64,000 bases of DNA, from positions 2,592,001 through 2,656,000 of the forward strand of contig CBDHHL010000032.1 of NCBI GenBank assembly GCA_965263355.1. Reading direction: 5' to 3'. Below the pieces are notes generated by a model that was given only the letters and a program-made list of their open reading frames with translations, was not told the origin of the DNA and did no database searches. This DNA is from Leptolyngbyaceae cyanobacterium (GTDB lineage Bacteria; Cyanobacteriota; Cyanobacteriia; Phormidesmidales; Phormidesmidaceae). Of the stretch, positions 47,597 through 59,150 are shown one piece after another. Position numbers and translations under genes: made by a program. Positions within the stretch are counted from its first letter, which is position 1; each line of letters starts with the position of its first letter.

Positions 47597-49969
47597 CTAG
47601 TCAGGGGAACCGATTAGCGTAAATGCGGCCCAAGCACTGGGCTCAGGGTGGGTTGCTTGTGTGTCTAGCATGGCTAACCTGAGGGCTTGGGCTTTATCGT
47701 TACCGACATCAAGATATTTATAAAAATGCACCATTAAGGTAGCCGTGGAGTCATCGGGTACGGACCAAAGCGAGACGACTACGCTGGGGGTGCCAGCTGC
47801 CATCAATGAACGGGCCAGACCAATGACACCGTCGCCGCTGACTTGCCCAAGGCCAGTGTCACAGGCACTGAGGACAACTAAATCGGCAGTGAGTTGAAAT
47901 TCTGAGAGTTCTGCAGCGGTCAGTAAACCATCGTGATCATGGTCTGGGGCCAGGGCAATGGCTCCCGGAATATCGCTGATGCCTGAGTCTTGAGGATTGC
48001 CGTATTCGAGCAGGCCATGGGTAGCCATATGAATTAGTTGGGCGGATTCAATGCGTTGGCGGACGGTGTTTTCAGTGGCATCGGCACCGAGCAGCGGTTG
48101 GGTTTTAAATTGGGTTGCGATCGCACCCGCTTCCCACTGCGCCTCTGGCAAATCTGACAGCGTAATCTTTTTACCGGCCTTGGCATTCCACACCTCAGGC
48201 ATGGCCGGATTACCCACCACTAACGCGGCATTCCCCCTTACTCCGGATAGGGTTATGGGCTCCCTAGACTGACGCATTTGATGGCTTAGATCTAAGACCT
48301 GAATCGACGGTGCGGTCAGAATTGTGTGATTGGCAATTAGATAATTGTCGTCAGCATCCATCAAGGCTGGAAACGGCACCAAAAACAGTTCACCCTGGGG
48401 AATAAAAATAACCTTTTCGTTTGGATCGGTGGGCAATCGGTCCTGAATGGGGTCAATTAATAGGTGATAAAGTTGTTTGAGTGCATAATCTGTCTGGGCA
48501 GTCTGTGTAGAAACAACATCAATGCTGGCTCGATGTCTGACACCGATGTGGGTACGCGATTGTTGAATCAACGTTTCTAGAGCAATCTCTTTTCCTTCGA
48601 GGGGTTGTCGATAAAAGTTAAAATCTCCGTTAGGTGTAACGACCCAAATGTATAGTTCGCCTGCTTCACCGCGTTCTTTTCCTTGATGAATGACAGTATC
48701 CTTAGGAATAATTGAATATTCTACTAAAGTGGCATTTTGGGTTTTAGCAATGTGCTGAATCTGTTGCAGGTTTAAGGGGACGGAGGTCGCGTCCATCTGT
48801 TGCGAGAGTAATGTTGAAAAGGCTCTGGAACGTCCCTGTTCAGACATTTCAAGGGCCGCTATTGGCCTGTTTTTGGCAATTAAAACCTGCTGTAGCAAAT
48901 TGTAGGTATTTACTTGAGTATCAAACAGCGAGATCAGATTGGCATCTGTAGTTAAATCATTACGGGCCTCTTCTAAAATAGTGATAGCCTGCTGCAGGTT
49001 GTGTTCGGCGTCTGCCAATTTTTGTGAATTATGGCTTCGATTAGCTGCAGCTTGTTCCCAAGTAAGTAAGGTGTGGGCTCGATTGTTTAGGGCCTTTGCA
49101 GCTGAGTGTTTGGCTTGAATCTCTTTAAATAGGGATAATCCTTGATCGTAGTACGCTAAGGCGGCTTCATAGTTTTGCATGCCTGCGTTGACAAATCCAA
49201 TACTAGATAGGGCTTCGGCTTCTAGCCAACGATTTCCCTCTACGCGGGATAACTCCAGGCTTTGTTGGTAGTAGTTAATCGCCTTCTGATGATTCTGTTG
49301 CCAGGTATGATAAATCGCAGCGAGGTTGACTAATGCATAGGCAGTGTTTACCGTATCGCCCAGGCTTTCTAGAATGTTAATTGAGTTTTCATACTGACTA
49401 ATGGCGTTTGTATATTGCCCTTGATCTAGATAAATGGAACCCAGATTGATCAGTGCGATCGCTTCTCGTCGTTGATCGTTTAACTCCTGGGCAATTTGTA
49501 GACTCTGGAGTTGATAGTCTTCCGCTAGTTCAAATTGGCCTATTAAGGCATAGGCATTACCCAGATTTCCTAATACTCGACGCTCCGCTTGACGATCCTT
49601 AAGTGCCTGTTGAATGGTTAAGGCCTGCTCATAGTAGGCAATGGCTGTGGCATATTGCCCCAGGGCTCTGTGGGCTGTACCTAAGTCATTGAGAACATTC
49701 CCTTCTGCCTGAGTATTGTTTTGCTCACGATATAGTTGCAACGCTCTTTTCCAGGTCTGACGGGCTAACTCAAACTGACCAGCTTTATAGTGATTTATCC
49801 CCTCTTGCTCCAATTGGTTTGCTAACTGTTTTGACTCTGCTTTGAGCTGAGTCATGCTTGATATAGGCCGAGACAATTGGCCCTCAGCAAGATTCCCAAA
49901 AGAACTCACTGCTAATTGGGCAAATGTTAAATGTCCTATTCCTACGACTAACGTAGAGAAAAATCTCAT
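47597..49969 (-). CDS. TPR + CHAT (caspase-like) domain protein
   Basis: TPR repeats; HMATHG and VLSACDTG catalytic motifs; WAAFTLIG. Confidence 0.95.
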   Translation of the reverse strand: MRFFSTLVVGIGHLTFAQLAVSSFGNLAEGQLSRPISSMTQLKAESKQLANQLEQEGINHYKAGQFELARQTWKRALQLYREQNNTQAEGNVLNDLGTAHRALGQYATAIAYYEQALTIQQALKDRQAERRVLGNLGNAYALIGQFELAEDYQLQSLQIAQELNDQRREAIALINLGSIYLDQGQYTNAISQYENSINILESLGDTVNTAYALVNLAAIYHTWQQNHQKAINYYQQSLELSRVEGNRWLEAEALSSIGFVNAGMQNYEAALAYYDQGLSLFKEIQAKHSAAKALNNRAHTLLTWEQAAANRSHNSQKLADAEHNLQQAITILEEARNDLTTDANLISLFDTQVNTYNLLQQVLIAKNRPIAALEMSEQGRSRAFSTLLSQQMDATSVPLNLQQIQHIAKTQNATLVEYSIIPKDTVIHQGKERGEAGELYIWVVTPNGDFNFYRQPLEGKEIALETLIQQSRTHIGVRHRASIDVVSTQTAQTDYALKQLYHLLIDPIQDRLPTDPNEKVIFIPQGELFLVPFPALMDADDNYLIANHTILTAPSIQVLDLSHQMRQSREPITLSGVRGNAALVVGNPAMPEVWNAKAGKKITLSDLPEAQWEAGAIATQFKTQPLLGADATENTVRQRIESAQLIHMATHGLLEYGNPQDSGISDIPGAIALAPDHDHDGLLTAAELSEFQLTADLVVLSACDTGLGQVSGDGVIGLARSLMAAGTPSVVVSLWSVPDDSTATLMVHFYKYLDVGNDKAQALRLAMLDTQATHPEPSAWAAFTLIGSPD

Positions 49970-52701
49970 TGTTCAGAAACTATAGGATCAATTTGACATT
50001 CCTCTGGTGCAAAAGCAGTCACGTCTAGCAAATCAGTGGAGAAATATATCTGGCATGTATTAGTGTTCTTGTAATCAAAATTGGCCGTTCTCGTATCAGA
50101 TACATTATCTGAAGACTCGTTGTCTGAGTTTGATAATTCTAACTTGCTTTCAGACTCAGTTTCAGAGTCCACAGACGGTTCTTCAGGTGGTTCCACGGGC
50201 GGTTGTTCTTCGGATGGTTCCACAGGCGGTTCCACAGGTGGCTCTACAGGCGGTTCCACAGGTGGTTACAGGCCTACAGGTGGTTCTACAGGCGGTTCCA
50301 CAGGTGGTTCTACAGGTGGTTCTACAGGCGGTTCCACAGGTGGTTCCACAGGTGGCTCTACAGGTGGTTCCACAGGTTCCACAGGTGGCTCTCTACAGGT
50401 TGGTTCCACAGGTGGCTCTACAGGTGGTTCCACAGGTGGCTCTACAGGTGGCTCTACAGGTGGTTCCACAGGCGGTTCCACAGGTGGTTCCACAGGCGGT
50501 TCTTGAAAGCTAATGGAAATCTTATTATCAAAATTTCCATCAGAGCTTACTGTTTCATCGATGTATATAGCTTGGATTGTAGCATTGGAATTCTTGGAGA
50601 TAATAGCACCTACACTACCACTCTCATTCTCTTGAAAACCATTGAAATCAGGATCAGCCTCAAAAAGGATAAATTGATCATCAATAACATTTCCAGGAGA
50701 AACCGAATCACCACCTTTATCTAGAATAACAACTCCAACAACAAATTCATCTGCCTCGCCAAAAGTAATATCAATGGTGCCACTCTGAAGTTCTGTATCT
50801 GCATTTGAATCAGGATTAGCAAGAGAGAAAATACTTAAAGGTCCCTCAACATTGTCAAATACTTGACGGGCACGCGTAGCTCTAAATAAACCACTTGCAT
50901 TGATAGTAATGTCGCCACCTTGAAATTCGCCACTAGATTCAATATAACCAACAATAACATTGCCATTTGTAGCAGTAATTATTGCATTACCACCATCAGT
51001 GTCGAGATCACCTGTAACAATGCTAGCCCCTGAAATAGTGATATTTCTTTCTTGAGTCTTAATAATAAAGTCATCAGGAGCTTCTAATGTATCTTTGGTT
51101 GTTGATGGTCCAACCAAAAATGAACCTTGCCCATTCTCATCGCTATCTGCAGTGATCTGGATTTCACCACCAGGTTGAAAGGTTAACGATACTCCATCAT
51201 CAATAACAATGTTATTCGTGGCTTCAAGAATTATGTTGCCGGTCTGGTCTTGTAGTTGCGTAGCATTAATCGTGATATTCTCGCCTTCAAAATCATCTTG
51301 AAAAATGTCGGGTAATTCACCCTCCACACCAGGTGAACTGTTGCCGTTAGAAATCAGAATATTTTGGGGGTCGAGTAGAAGTATACCAACATTACCGTTG
51401 GTTGCATTAATAGTTACACTACCGTTAAACTCTAAATATGTTTGACCAGACACCTCAACAAAGCCACCATCCCCTGATATTAGTCCCCCTTGAGCACTAA
51501 TATCACCGTAAAAGACAGTTGCTTCGTCAGACCAAAGGATAACATTGCCCCCCGATCCGGTGGTAAGAGCATCGGCATTAATACCTGTACCTGCATCGAC
51601 ATAAATTTTGGTAGCATTGGGAACAGTATCTAGTCCCTTGTATTCACCACCAATACGAATATTACCTCCACCCAGATCACCAGAGGCAACAATCTCCACA
51701 TCAACAAGAGCGACTTGATCACCCAACAGCGTGATATCACCACCGACATCACTACCCGTTACTCCAGCCACATCCACTGTTCCGCTTACCATCGTTAGCT
51801 CAGGCAATATTGGAACAACGATATTTGTATTGATCAGACTAATATTGCCATCCCCATTGACCACTAATGACGGTTCACCAATCGTGGTGGCTGCTCCCGT
51901 TAATAACGTCGGTAAATCAACCGGAGAAAAATCAGCCGGGATTAAATCGTCGGTTGTTGTTGGTAGCGTTTCTAACGTCAGGCTTAAAAGGCTGTTTTCT
52001 TGACTAAGGGTGACCTGACTTTCACCTGGAACCGCTGCCACTGTAATCTCTCCGCCAGGAGACATCAGGGTGCCAGTATTAATAACACTGCCTCCCAACA
52101 ACGTAATCTGTTCACCGCCATTAACAACCAGATCCCCCTGGTTAACAAGGGTGCCTGCCGTTTCACCAGCAAAAATAAAACTGTTGGGACTACCCACCAG
52201 CTGTGCATAGTCATTGCTATCTAGGGCATTAAACCAATTATTGCTAAACCCCAGACCAGTGGCAGTTGTTGCTGTGAATGAACCACCTAAATTGAGAGAG
52301 GCATTTTGGCCAAAGACAATACCTGCCGGATTGATTAAATACAAATTAGCATCGCTACCAGACACCTGTAGCAGGCCATCAATATACGACGCTCCACCCA
52401 CTACGCTGCTCAAAACATTGCTGACCGTTGGGGCTGTGACAAAGTTGGCACGTTGCCCGGTAGCTAACCCAAATTGATCAAAACTATGAAACAGGTTAGC
52501 GTCATCCCCTGATAACGTGCCGCCAGTGATATCAAACTGATTTCCAGATTGGTTAACGGCAGTGCCTGTTCCTGTAGTACCTATATCTGGCTGTATGGCT
52601 TGGGCCAGGGTTGGCTGCGATAAACCGACTATTAAGCCAAAACTCAGACCTGGCAACGATACCCATCGACAACGGGATACTATCATGACCCACTCACCCA
52701 A
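49966..52701 (-). CDS. Filamentous-haemagglutinin N-terminal domain exoprotein, frameshifted in a PPVE tract
   Basis: NLFHSF, LINPAGIVFG, GDGGFVEVSG; ORFs 50266-52701 and 49966-50259 join across the repeat; final stop overlaps the CHAT start. Confidence 0.85.
50169..50505. repeat. 12-bp tandem repeat (PPVE)n
   Basis: GG(T/C)TC(C/T)ACAGG(T/C) units with irregularities near 50270 and 50390. Confidence 0.95.
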
Positions 52702-52942
52702 ACGCTAACCAACTGCATGCTTCCAAGTCGCTGATTAACCAGAACTGGCACTGGCGTCAAAACCCCGTTCACGCAAATAGCCACAAACCTACTGGGCTAT
52801 CAACTAATACAAGGATGCTGGGAATCGGTAATCAAAAGACAGGGAATGTCCGTAATTCTACCTAACCAATAAATTGCTTACAAGAAATAAAGCAGTAAAT
52901 GGCTACAGACCTTAATATTTATTTGGAATTTAGTGAAGATAG

Positions 52943-53494
52943 CTACTGGATTTCAGCACTGATTACTGATTGCTCATTGGGACCCAATGTAATTGCCAGG
53001 GGGCGCTGATTACCATGGGCTTTGACCACCTGGCGGTAGACCTCATAGCGGGTGGGCAGGGTAACGATGCGACCGGCTTGATCAAATGTGAACGTATAGT
53101 CGACGGATTTAATGAGTTCGGGGACTTCGGATTGTTCGTTTTTGTCCAGGCGGGATTCGATATCGTCTACGGTGGGTCTGGGGGGTAGTTCAGGCCACCA
53201 GAGACCTTCGTCGTCTGGACCTGTGACCGCCAATCCAGGCTGAACACCGTTTTGGTTTTCTAAGGAGATGGATTCAAACCGTTCTAACCGGGTATCATTG
53301 GGCCGATCACGACCATCGTCCCGGTTGTAGCGCACTTGCCAGGTGTAGGTGACGGTAGCAGTAGCACTGTAGTCGGTGGTGTAGGCGTTGGTGGAGACGG
53401 CTTCACAGGCTGAGATCGCAACCAGGCCCCCCAACAGTAAAGGGCTTAGAGATTGTCCGACTAATTGTCTGACTGACTGTTTGGTTAACACCAT
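52943..53494 (-). CDS. Hypothetical lipoprotein
   Basis: Hydrophobic N-terminus with ISAC lipobox. Confidence 0.7.
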   Translation of the reverse strand: MVLTKQSVRQLVGQSLSPLLLGGLVAISACEAVSTNAYTTDYSATATVTYTWQVRYNRDDGRDRPNDTRLERFESISLENQNGVQPGLAVTGPDDEGLWWPELPPRPTVDDIESRLDKNEQSEVPELIKSVDYTFTFDQAGRIVTLPTRYEVYRQVVKAHGNQRPLAITLGPNEQSVISAEIQ

Positions 53495-53690
53495 CTATGA
53501 TTTGCCCTGAGCTAAGTGTAAGCACCTATCGTATCAATTGAAGTAACTACCAATTTTCCGCAATCCACAGGATTGCCTATCACGGTAATTGAACTTGGCT
53601 GTGTCCCCAAGGTTACGGATGCAATTCATATTTTGAACGCCCTATTATCGAAAAGTCTTAAGGAATTTTACAGAAAAAGCCCCAAATTCT

Positions 53691-53885
53691 ATGGATAACT
53701 CCCTAGCGCATACGTTACGACAGATGATTTTTGACTATGGTTGGCAAGCTGTTCTGGCAGAGTTAGCCCAGCTTTCAATTGATTATGGTAAGCCTGCTAA
53801 TGCTGATTTGTTGTTGCAAGTCTCCTATGATATTTCCAGGCAGTCCATGGTGCATCAAACCTCTGTAAGTCCTAGGGTTTACTAA
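53691..53885 (+). CDS. Small hypothetical protein
   Basis: 64-aa ORF with an amphipathic helical pattern. Confidence 0.45.
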   Translation: MDNSLAHTLRQMIFDYGWQAVLAELAQLSIDYGKPANADLLLQVSYDISRQSMVHQTSVSPRVY

Positions 53886-53973
53886 GCTGACTAGCGCAAT
53901 CAATTGAGAACAAAACCTCTGTAAGTCCTAGGGTTTACTAAGCTGACTAGCGCAATCAATTGAGAACAAAACC
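53857..53973. repeat. Exact 56-bp tandem duplication
   Basis: AAACCTCTGTAAGTCCTAGGGTTTACTAAGCTGACTAGCGCAATCAATTGAGAACA twice, bounded by AAACC. Confidence 0.92.
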
Positions 53974-54271
53974 CTCACCATAGTAGAATCTAAAATTTGT
54001 TACGCAGCTCTAACAACTAGAGAACCTTGTCCACGTCCAGAACGGTCGTTTTCCCGTAAAGAACCTGTAGGTTTTAACTTGGACGTGGTTTAAGTGAGCT
54101 GTCTCCCCTCTTAAAGGGGTTGGTCCGGCGCATGGCAGTCGCTTCCGGCTGTAGTGCGCTTTTTAGTGACGTTGTAAATGGCTACTGTCGGCGATTAGTC
54201 GAAGCCTCTAAACAGGGGCATCCCAGCAATTTGCAACGACGATTGTGTTAATTCAGAGCTTGGAAAATTCT

Positions 54272-55318
54272 ATGACCGCAACACTTAATAGGTTATCAAC
54301 CGACCAAACATTAGCTAGACCATTGGCTAATGTAACATTGAGGGATGTGATTAGTACCCTACCGAAGGAATGCTTTGAAAAAAATACCCGTAAAGCATGG
54401 CAGCGGGTGGGTCTGAGCATTGTGATGGCGATTTTGGGATATGTTGCGATCGCACTATCGCCCTGGTTTTTGTTACCCTTTGCCTGGTTTTTCGCAGGTA
54501 CAGCCCTGACTGGTTGGTTTGTGGTTGGTCATGACTGTGGTCATCGGTCCTTTGCCAAACGTCGCTGGGTCAATGATGTAGTCGGTCACATTGCGTTTGC
54601 CCCCTTAATTTATCCATTTCATCCCTGGCGATTGCTCCATGATCACCATCATCGCCATACCAATAAGCAAGAGGTCGATAACGCTTGGCACCCCTGGTCT
54701 ATTGAAACCTTTAAGTCTAATGGTAAATTTTTGCAAACTGCTTACTGGTTGATGCGTGGTCGTTTATGGTGGTTGGCCTCTATCATCCATTGGGCAGGCA
54801 TTCACTTTAATCTAAATAATTTCGCTGATCGGGATAAGCGTAAGGCCCAGCTATCAATTGCTGTTGTTATCTGCTTCGCAGCTATTGTTTTTCCCACGAT
54901 GATTGCTACTTTGGGGGTTTGGGGCTGGGTTAAGTTTTGGCTGATGCCCTGGTTAGGGTATCACTTCTGGATGAGTACCTTTACGCTGGTACACCATACA
55001 GCACCTGATATTCAGTTTTATCCAACTGACACCTGGAATGAAGTTGAATCCCAGCTAGCTGGTACTGTGCACTGTGACTATCCCAAGTGGATTGAAGTGC
55101 TATGCCACGATATCAATGTTCATGTGCCTCACCATATTTCTACAGGGATTCCGTCCTATAACCTGAGAATGGCACACCAGAGCCTTAAGGACGCCTGGGG
55201 AGACCAAGTCCGCATCCGTGAGGAAACCTTTAATTGGCAGTTTATGCAGGGAATTGTTGACAGCTGTCACCTATATCATCCTGAAAAAGCCTATGTGCCG
55301 TTTAAGGCATTGCGTTAG
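54272..55318 (+). CDS. desA: Delta-12 acyl-lipid desaturase
   Basis: His boxes [24 protein letters not shown]; start set at ATG 54272. Confidence 0.9.
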   Translation: MTATLNRLSTDQTLARPLANVTLRDVISTLPKECFEKNTRKAWQRVGLSIVMAILGYVAIALSPWFLLPFAWFFAGTALTGWFVVGHDCGHRSFAKRRWVNDVVGHIAFAPLIYPFHPWRLLHDHHHRHTNKQEVDNAWHPWSIETFKSNGKFLQTAYWLMRGRLWWLASIIHWAGIHFNLNNFADRDKRKAQLSIAVVICFAAIVFPTMIATLGVWGWVKFWLMPWLGYHFWMSTFTLVHHTAPDIQFYPTDTWNEVESQLAGTVHCDYPKWIEVLCHDINVHVPHHISTGIPSYNLRMAHQSLKDAWGDQVRIREETFNWQFMQGIVDSCHLYHPEKAYVPFKALR

Positions 55319-55366
55319 TAATGGTTGAGGAGCTATTTAGTTTCGAACAGTAATAGCTTTAACGCT

Positions 55367-55394
55367 AGGCCTCAGCATTGGCTGGGGCCTTTTT
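55367..55394 (+). terminator. Intrinsic terminator after desA
   Basis: AGGCCTCAGC-ATTG-GCTGGGGCCT followed by TTTT. Confidence 0.75.
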
Positions 55395-55539
55395 GCTTTC
55401 TAGAAAATTGACCGTGTTGACAAGCGTGAACAAGAGATTTTTAGGATGTTGTATTATCTTCAATTTGCTTGAGCGATTTTTCGATTTCTGATGGATCCAT
55501 GTCTTATACGAAATCCTGCTTAATAGCGCCCGGTATCGA

Positions 55540-55566
55540 AGGGCATCCACAAGGGAGTACCCCTAC
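55540..55566 (-). repeat. GTAG-type REP-like palindrome (second family)
   Basis: AGGGCATCCACAAGGGAGTACCCCTAC, similar to 56672-56697. Confidence 0.6.
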
Positions 55567-55785
55567 AGGATTGTCGATTTTTAATCGGGTTTAATGAATT
55601 TGGATTTGGTATTGCATACTCGTGTTCAAAGCACGAATTTGATTTGTAATTGGCGTAGACAGGTGGACTCTTATTTCAAATAAAGTTTAATCAAATAGGT
55701 TTTAATCAAAACAGCTTTTATTTATCCAAGTGACATTGACCTGCGACTAGGGAACATTCTAGTCAGAGCAACTTCCTTATTTCCC

Positions 55786-56652
55786 ATGAGTCAGCAGGTG
55801 CAACAGAGCCTCAATCCCTCTGAATATAAACGTCTGTTTCGTGTCGCTGTTTTAACATCTACAGCGGCTGGCATGCTTGAGCGGCAGCGAGCACGACTGC
55901 GCGAACAGGTTGAGATTTTAGGTGTGGAGATTGATAATATTTCCCAACGTCAGTTTCTATCTGAGCTGACAAGGGGGGTGATCTTTACGCCTAATGTAGA
56001 TCACCTGATGAAATTGCAGAAAGATACCGAATTTCAAGAAGCCTATCGTCAAGCAGACTATAAGGTATGTGACAGCCAGATTTTGATGTATGCGTCAAAG
56101 TTGTTGGGTAAACCCTTAAAGGCAAAGATATCTGGGTCTGATTTATTACCGCTTTTCTGTGATTATCACAGAAATAACCCAAACATTACAATCTTTTTAT
56201 TAGGAGGAGCCGAGGGTGTTGCTAAACAGGCTCAGATCAATATAAATGCTAAATTTGGTCGAGATATTGTCATCGCTGCCCATTCACCCACATTTGGATT
56301 TGAAAAGGATGAAACAGAATGTCAGGCGATTATCGATATAGTTAATGCCTCTGGAGCTACGGTGTTGGCAGTGGGTGTTGGTGCCCCCAAACAGGAATTA
56401 TGGATTGCGAAGTACCGACATCAGATGCCAGGGGTAAAGATCTTTATGGCGGTGGGGGCGGCTTTAGATTTTGAGGCAGGCAACAAACCGAGGGCTCCTA
56501 AATTTTGGAGTAATTTGGGGATTGAATGGCTATATCGGTTAATGTCTGAGCCTGGGCGTTTGTGGAAGCGATATCTATTGGATGATTTACCGTTTTTTAA
56601 GTTGTTATTGAAGCAGAAATTGCAGCAGTATTCTAGGAAAAGAGATTTTTAA
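55786..56652 (+). CDS. WecB/TagA/CpsF glycosyltransferase
   Basis: TPNVDH, GVGAPKQE, RAPK....GIEWLYRL..EP.RLWKRY. Confidence 0.93.
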   Translation: MSQQVQQSLNPSEYKRLFRVAVLTSTAAGMLERQRARLREQVEILGVEIDNISQRQFLSELTRGVIFTPNVDHLMKLQKDTEFQEAYRQADYKVCDSQILMYASKLLGKPLKAKISGSDLLPLFCDYHRNNPNITIFLLGGAEGVAKQAQININAKFGRDIVIAAHSPTFGFEKDETECQAIIDIVNASGATVLAVGVGAPKQELWIAKYRHQMPGVKIFMAVGAALDFEAGNKPRAPKFWSNLGIEWLYRLMSEPGRLWKRYLLDDLPFFKLLLKQKLQQYSRKRDF

Positions 56653-56671
56653 AGGTAGTCTTTGGTGTTGC

Positions 56672-56697
56672 AGGGCACCCACAAGGGAATACCCTAC
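56672..56697 (-). repeat. GTAG-type REP-like palindrome (second family)
   Basis: AGGGCACCCACAAGGGAATACCCTAC. Confidence 0.6.
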
Positions 56698-56708
56698 AAT
56701 GGTCCTGG

Positions 56709-57914
56709 TCAGCCTTTCTTGAACTCTTTGGAAAATAACTTGAAGTAGATGGACTGCATTGTTTCCTTAATGGGAAATGTAACATAGGTGAGTGGGTTAA
56801 TCGTCACAATAATGTTACGAATATCCCGCTTTGCCAAGTTCACAATGGCCCCTGCTACCCAATCAGCTGACATTACCCCCACTGGATTGAGATTGCTCTT
56901 AAAGGGACCCAGTATCAGCTTACGTATGACACAGGAAGCATCCTGGCGTCGGAGGGTGATCAAGTCTCCCAATAGCCGCTTTGAGGTTTCATAGAGGGGA
57001 CTAAAGGCCGGATTTACCTCTGCTTCAGAGGTATTGATCCACAGCTCTTTGGTGGCAGCACCCAGTGGCTCTTCTACGGTTTCTAAAAATAGTTCCATCA
57101 GTCGCCAGGCGGATAGGGCATTGACCTCAAGGGATGTTGCGATCGCAGCCGCCGTTCTCTCTCCATGGACATTGATGCCATGGTTAATCACTAAAATATT
57201 GACCCGCTTCAAGACATCCTTAAGTTCATCTTCCTGACCAGATTGCCAGGGAATCACCTGGACAGCCCCTGCAATTACCGCGTCAGCTGAGCGGCTTAGG
57301 GCAATAGGCTTTGCACCCTGGGCAGCAAGTCGCTTAATTAAAGCCCGCCCCAAGGTGCCGGACGCACCGGTAACAGCGACGGTTTTTCCCTTTAGAGATA
57401 GTGCCGTACCCATAATCTTGTCCGATAGGGTGAAATAGCCTGCATAATAGGCGGTTGTTTCGTCAAAGTGGTGCCGCCAATGGTAAGTGCGGTTAACAAA
57501 CCATCCCCCTGGCAATGCTATGAGTGGGCCTGGTTCGTGGGTGATATCGGTGGCCTGAAGAAGACCTTGCGATCGCAATAATGCGGCCACCAAAAAGCCT
57601 GTGCCATAAAGAAAGCCCAACCACCAACCCCAAAGAGGAGTCACCATGGCGATAGCTGCCATCGTTGCCATCATCACCAAGGCCTCAGGCACATCGTTAT
57701 AGATCTGAGCCTTTTGATATAACTCAGTACTCACAACTGAAAAGTCTTTGCGATAGACTTTATGATGCCAGTTATGAAGTTTTATTAAGGGCTGCCATAG
57801 ATGGCTTGCCACGTGATAAATATCTCGCACCATTTCCGCCACAAAGACGGACACTAAACCCAACACCCCTTGAAGCAGCCAGTCTGCTCCAAGGTTACCA
57901 ACAATATCCCCCAC
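56709..57914 (-). CDS. mgdE: Monoglucosyldiacylglycerol epimerase (sterol desaturase/SDR fusion)
   Basis: His boxes YHVASH, HNWHH, YHWRHH fused to a Rossmann fold (TGASGTLG, NHG, YETSK). Confidence 0.8.
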   Translation of the reverse strand: MGDIVGNLGADWLLQGVLGLVSVFVAEMVRDIYHVASHLWQPLIKLHNWHHKVYRKDFSVVSTELYQKAQIYNDVPEALVMMATMAAIAMVTPLWGWWLGFLYGTGFLVAALLRSQGLLQATDITHEPGPLIALPGGWFVNRTYHWRHHFDETTAYYAGYFTLSDKIMGTALSLKGKTVAVTGASGTLGRALIKRLAAQGAKPIALSRSADAVIAGAVQVIPWQSGQEDELKDVLKRVNILVINHGINVHGERTAAAIATSLEVNALSAWRLMELFLETVEEPLGAATKELWINTSEAEVNPAFSPLYETSKRLLGDLITLRRQDASCVIRKLILGPFKSNLNPVGVMSADWVAGAIVNLAKRDIRNIIVTINPLTYVTFPIKETMQSIYFKLFSKEFKKG

Positions 57915-58126
57915 AGGCTTAAACCTCTACAGTGACACCACGCCAGAAGGCAATATGTCCTTTGCTATCGTTAGCCGCTTCCTTCAGATCTGCGTAATAC
58001 TGGGCAGCATTCTCTAGCACAGCTCCATTCCAGATTGCTTTGGGCATCACTCCTGTCCCCATAGTGTTGCGAATTGTTTCGTACTAGATGGTAAATCTTA
58101 ATCGAACCGGAGGGAAGGGGCTTAAG

Positions 58127-59020
58127 CTACTCATCATTACGCTTTATTCGCCATTGCCGCTCCAAGTACTGAATAATTTTGCTGGCAATATCGATATCTG
58201 TTGCTCGCTCGATGCCTTCTAGGCCTGGAGAAGAGTTAACTTCAATCACCACAGGACCCTGGCTGGACCGTAGCAGGTCTACCCCCGCTACCTTGAGGCC
58301 CATGGCCATGGCTGCTCTGACGGCGGTATCTCGTTCCTGGGAGCTTAGTTTCACCCGGCTTACGGTGCCGCCACGATGAATGTTGGAACGAAATTCCCCA
58401 GGGGCTCCCTGGCGTTTCATTGAGGCGATCACCTGATTGTTGATCACAAAGCATCGCAGATCCTGGCCTTTGGCCTCCTTGATATATTCTTGTACCAGGA
58501 TATTGGCATCCAAACCCCGGAACGCTTCAATGACTGACTTGGCGGCCTGGTAAGTTTCTGCTAAGACGACACCGATGCCTTGAGTGCCTTCCAGTAGCTT
58601 AATTACCAAAGGCGCGCCACCCACTAGCTCAATCACCCCTTCAGTATCCTTGGTGGAATGGGCAAACCCAGTTACTGGTAACCCTACGCCTTCTTTCGAG
58701 AGCAGTTGCAGACAACGCAGCTTGTCACGGGAGCGGGCAATGGCATCGGAGCCGTTAGCACTCAGCACACCCATCATTTCAAACTGGCGGACGACGGCAG
58801 TACCGTAGAAGGTGTAGCTGGCCCCAATGCGAGGAATCACTGCATCAATATCCGTTAGGGGCCTGCCTTGGTAAATTAATCGGGGACTATCGGCTGTAAT
58901 TTCTATGTAGCAGCGCATGTGGTCAATAATTTTCATAATGTGACCACGTTTGTTACCTGCTTCCAATAGCCGGCGAGTGGAGTACAGGGATGCATCGCGG
59001 GACAGCACACCGATTTTCAT
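58127..59020 (-). CDS. rimK: RimK-family ATP-grasp ligase
   Basis: [50 protein letters not shown]. Confidence 0.93.
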   Translation of the reverse strand: MKIGVLSRDASLYSTRRLLEAGNKRGHIMKIIDHMRCYIEITADSPRLIYQGRPLTDIDAVIPRIGASYTFYGTAVVRQFEMMGVLSANGSDAIARSRDKLRCLQLLSKEGVGLPVTGFAHSTKDTEGVIELVGGAPLVIKLLEGTQGIGVVLAETYQAAKSVIEAFRGLDANILVQEYIKEAKGQDLRCFVINNQVIASMKRQGAPGEFRSNIHRGGTVSRVKLSSQERDTAVRAAMAMGLKVAGVDLLRSSQGPVVIEVNSSPGLEGIERATDIDIASKIIQYLERQWRIKRNDE

Positions 59021-59150
59021 AGGCAGCGCATGACTGGGTAAAGGCACCGAAAAAACCTGTTTCCACCATGATTCCATAGAGTGTAGCTGGAAAGGCAGTG
59101 GGTATTGGGTATTGCTGATGCTCAATGCAAAGGTATTGCAGGCAACGCCT

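Noticed and set aside
50081..50724. Plus-strand ORFs (GGST, VPQ and FHRW repeats)
   Set aside because: Shadow frames of the 12-bp PPVE repeat
45564..57914. Oxylipin cluster of lipoxygenase, desA and mgdE
   Set aside because: Genes are separated by unrelated loci and differ in orientation; proximity is probably incidental
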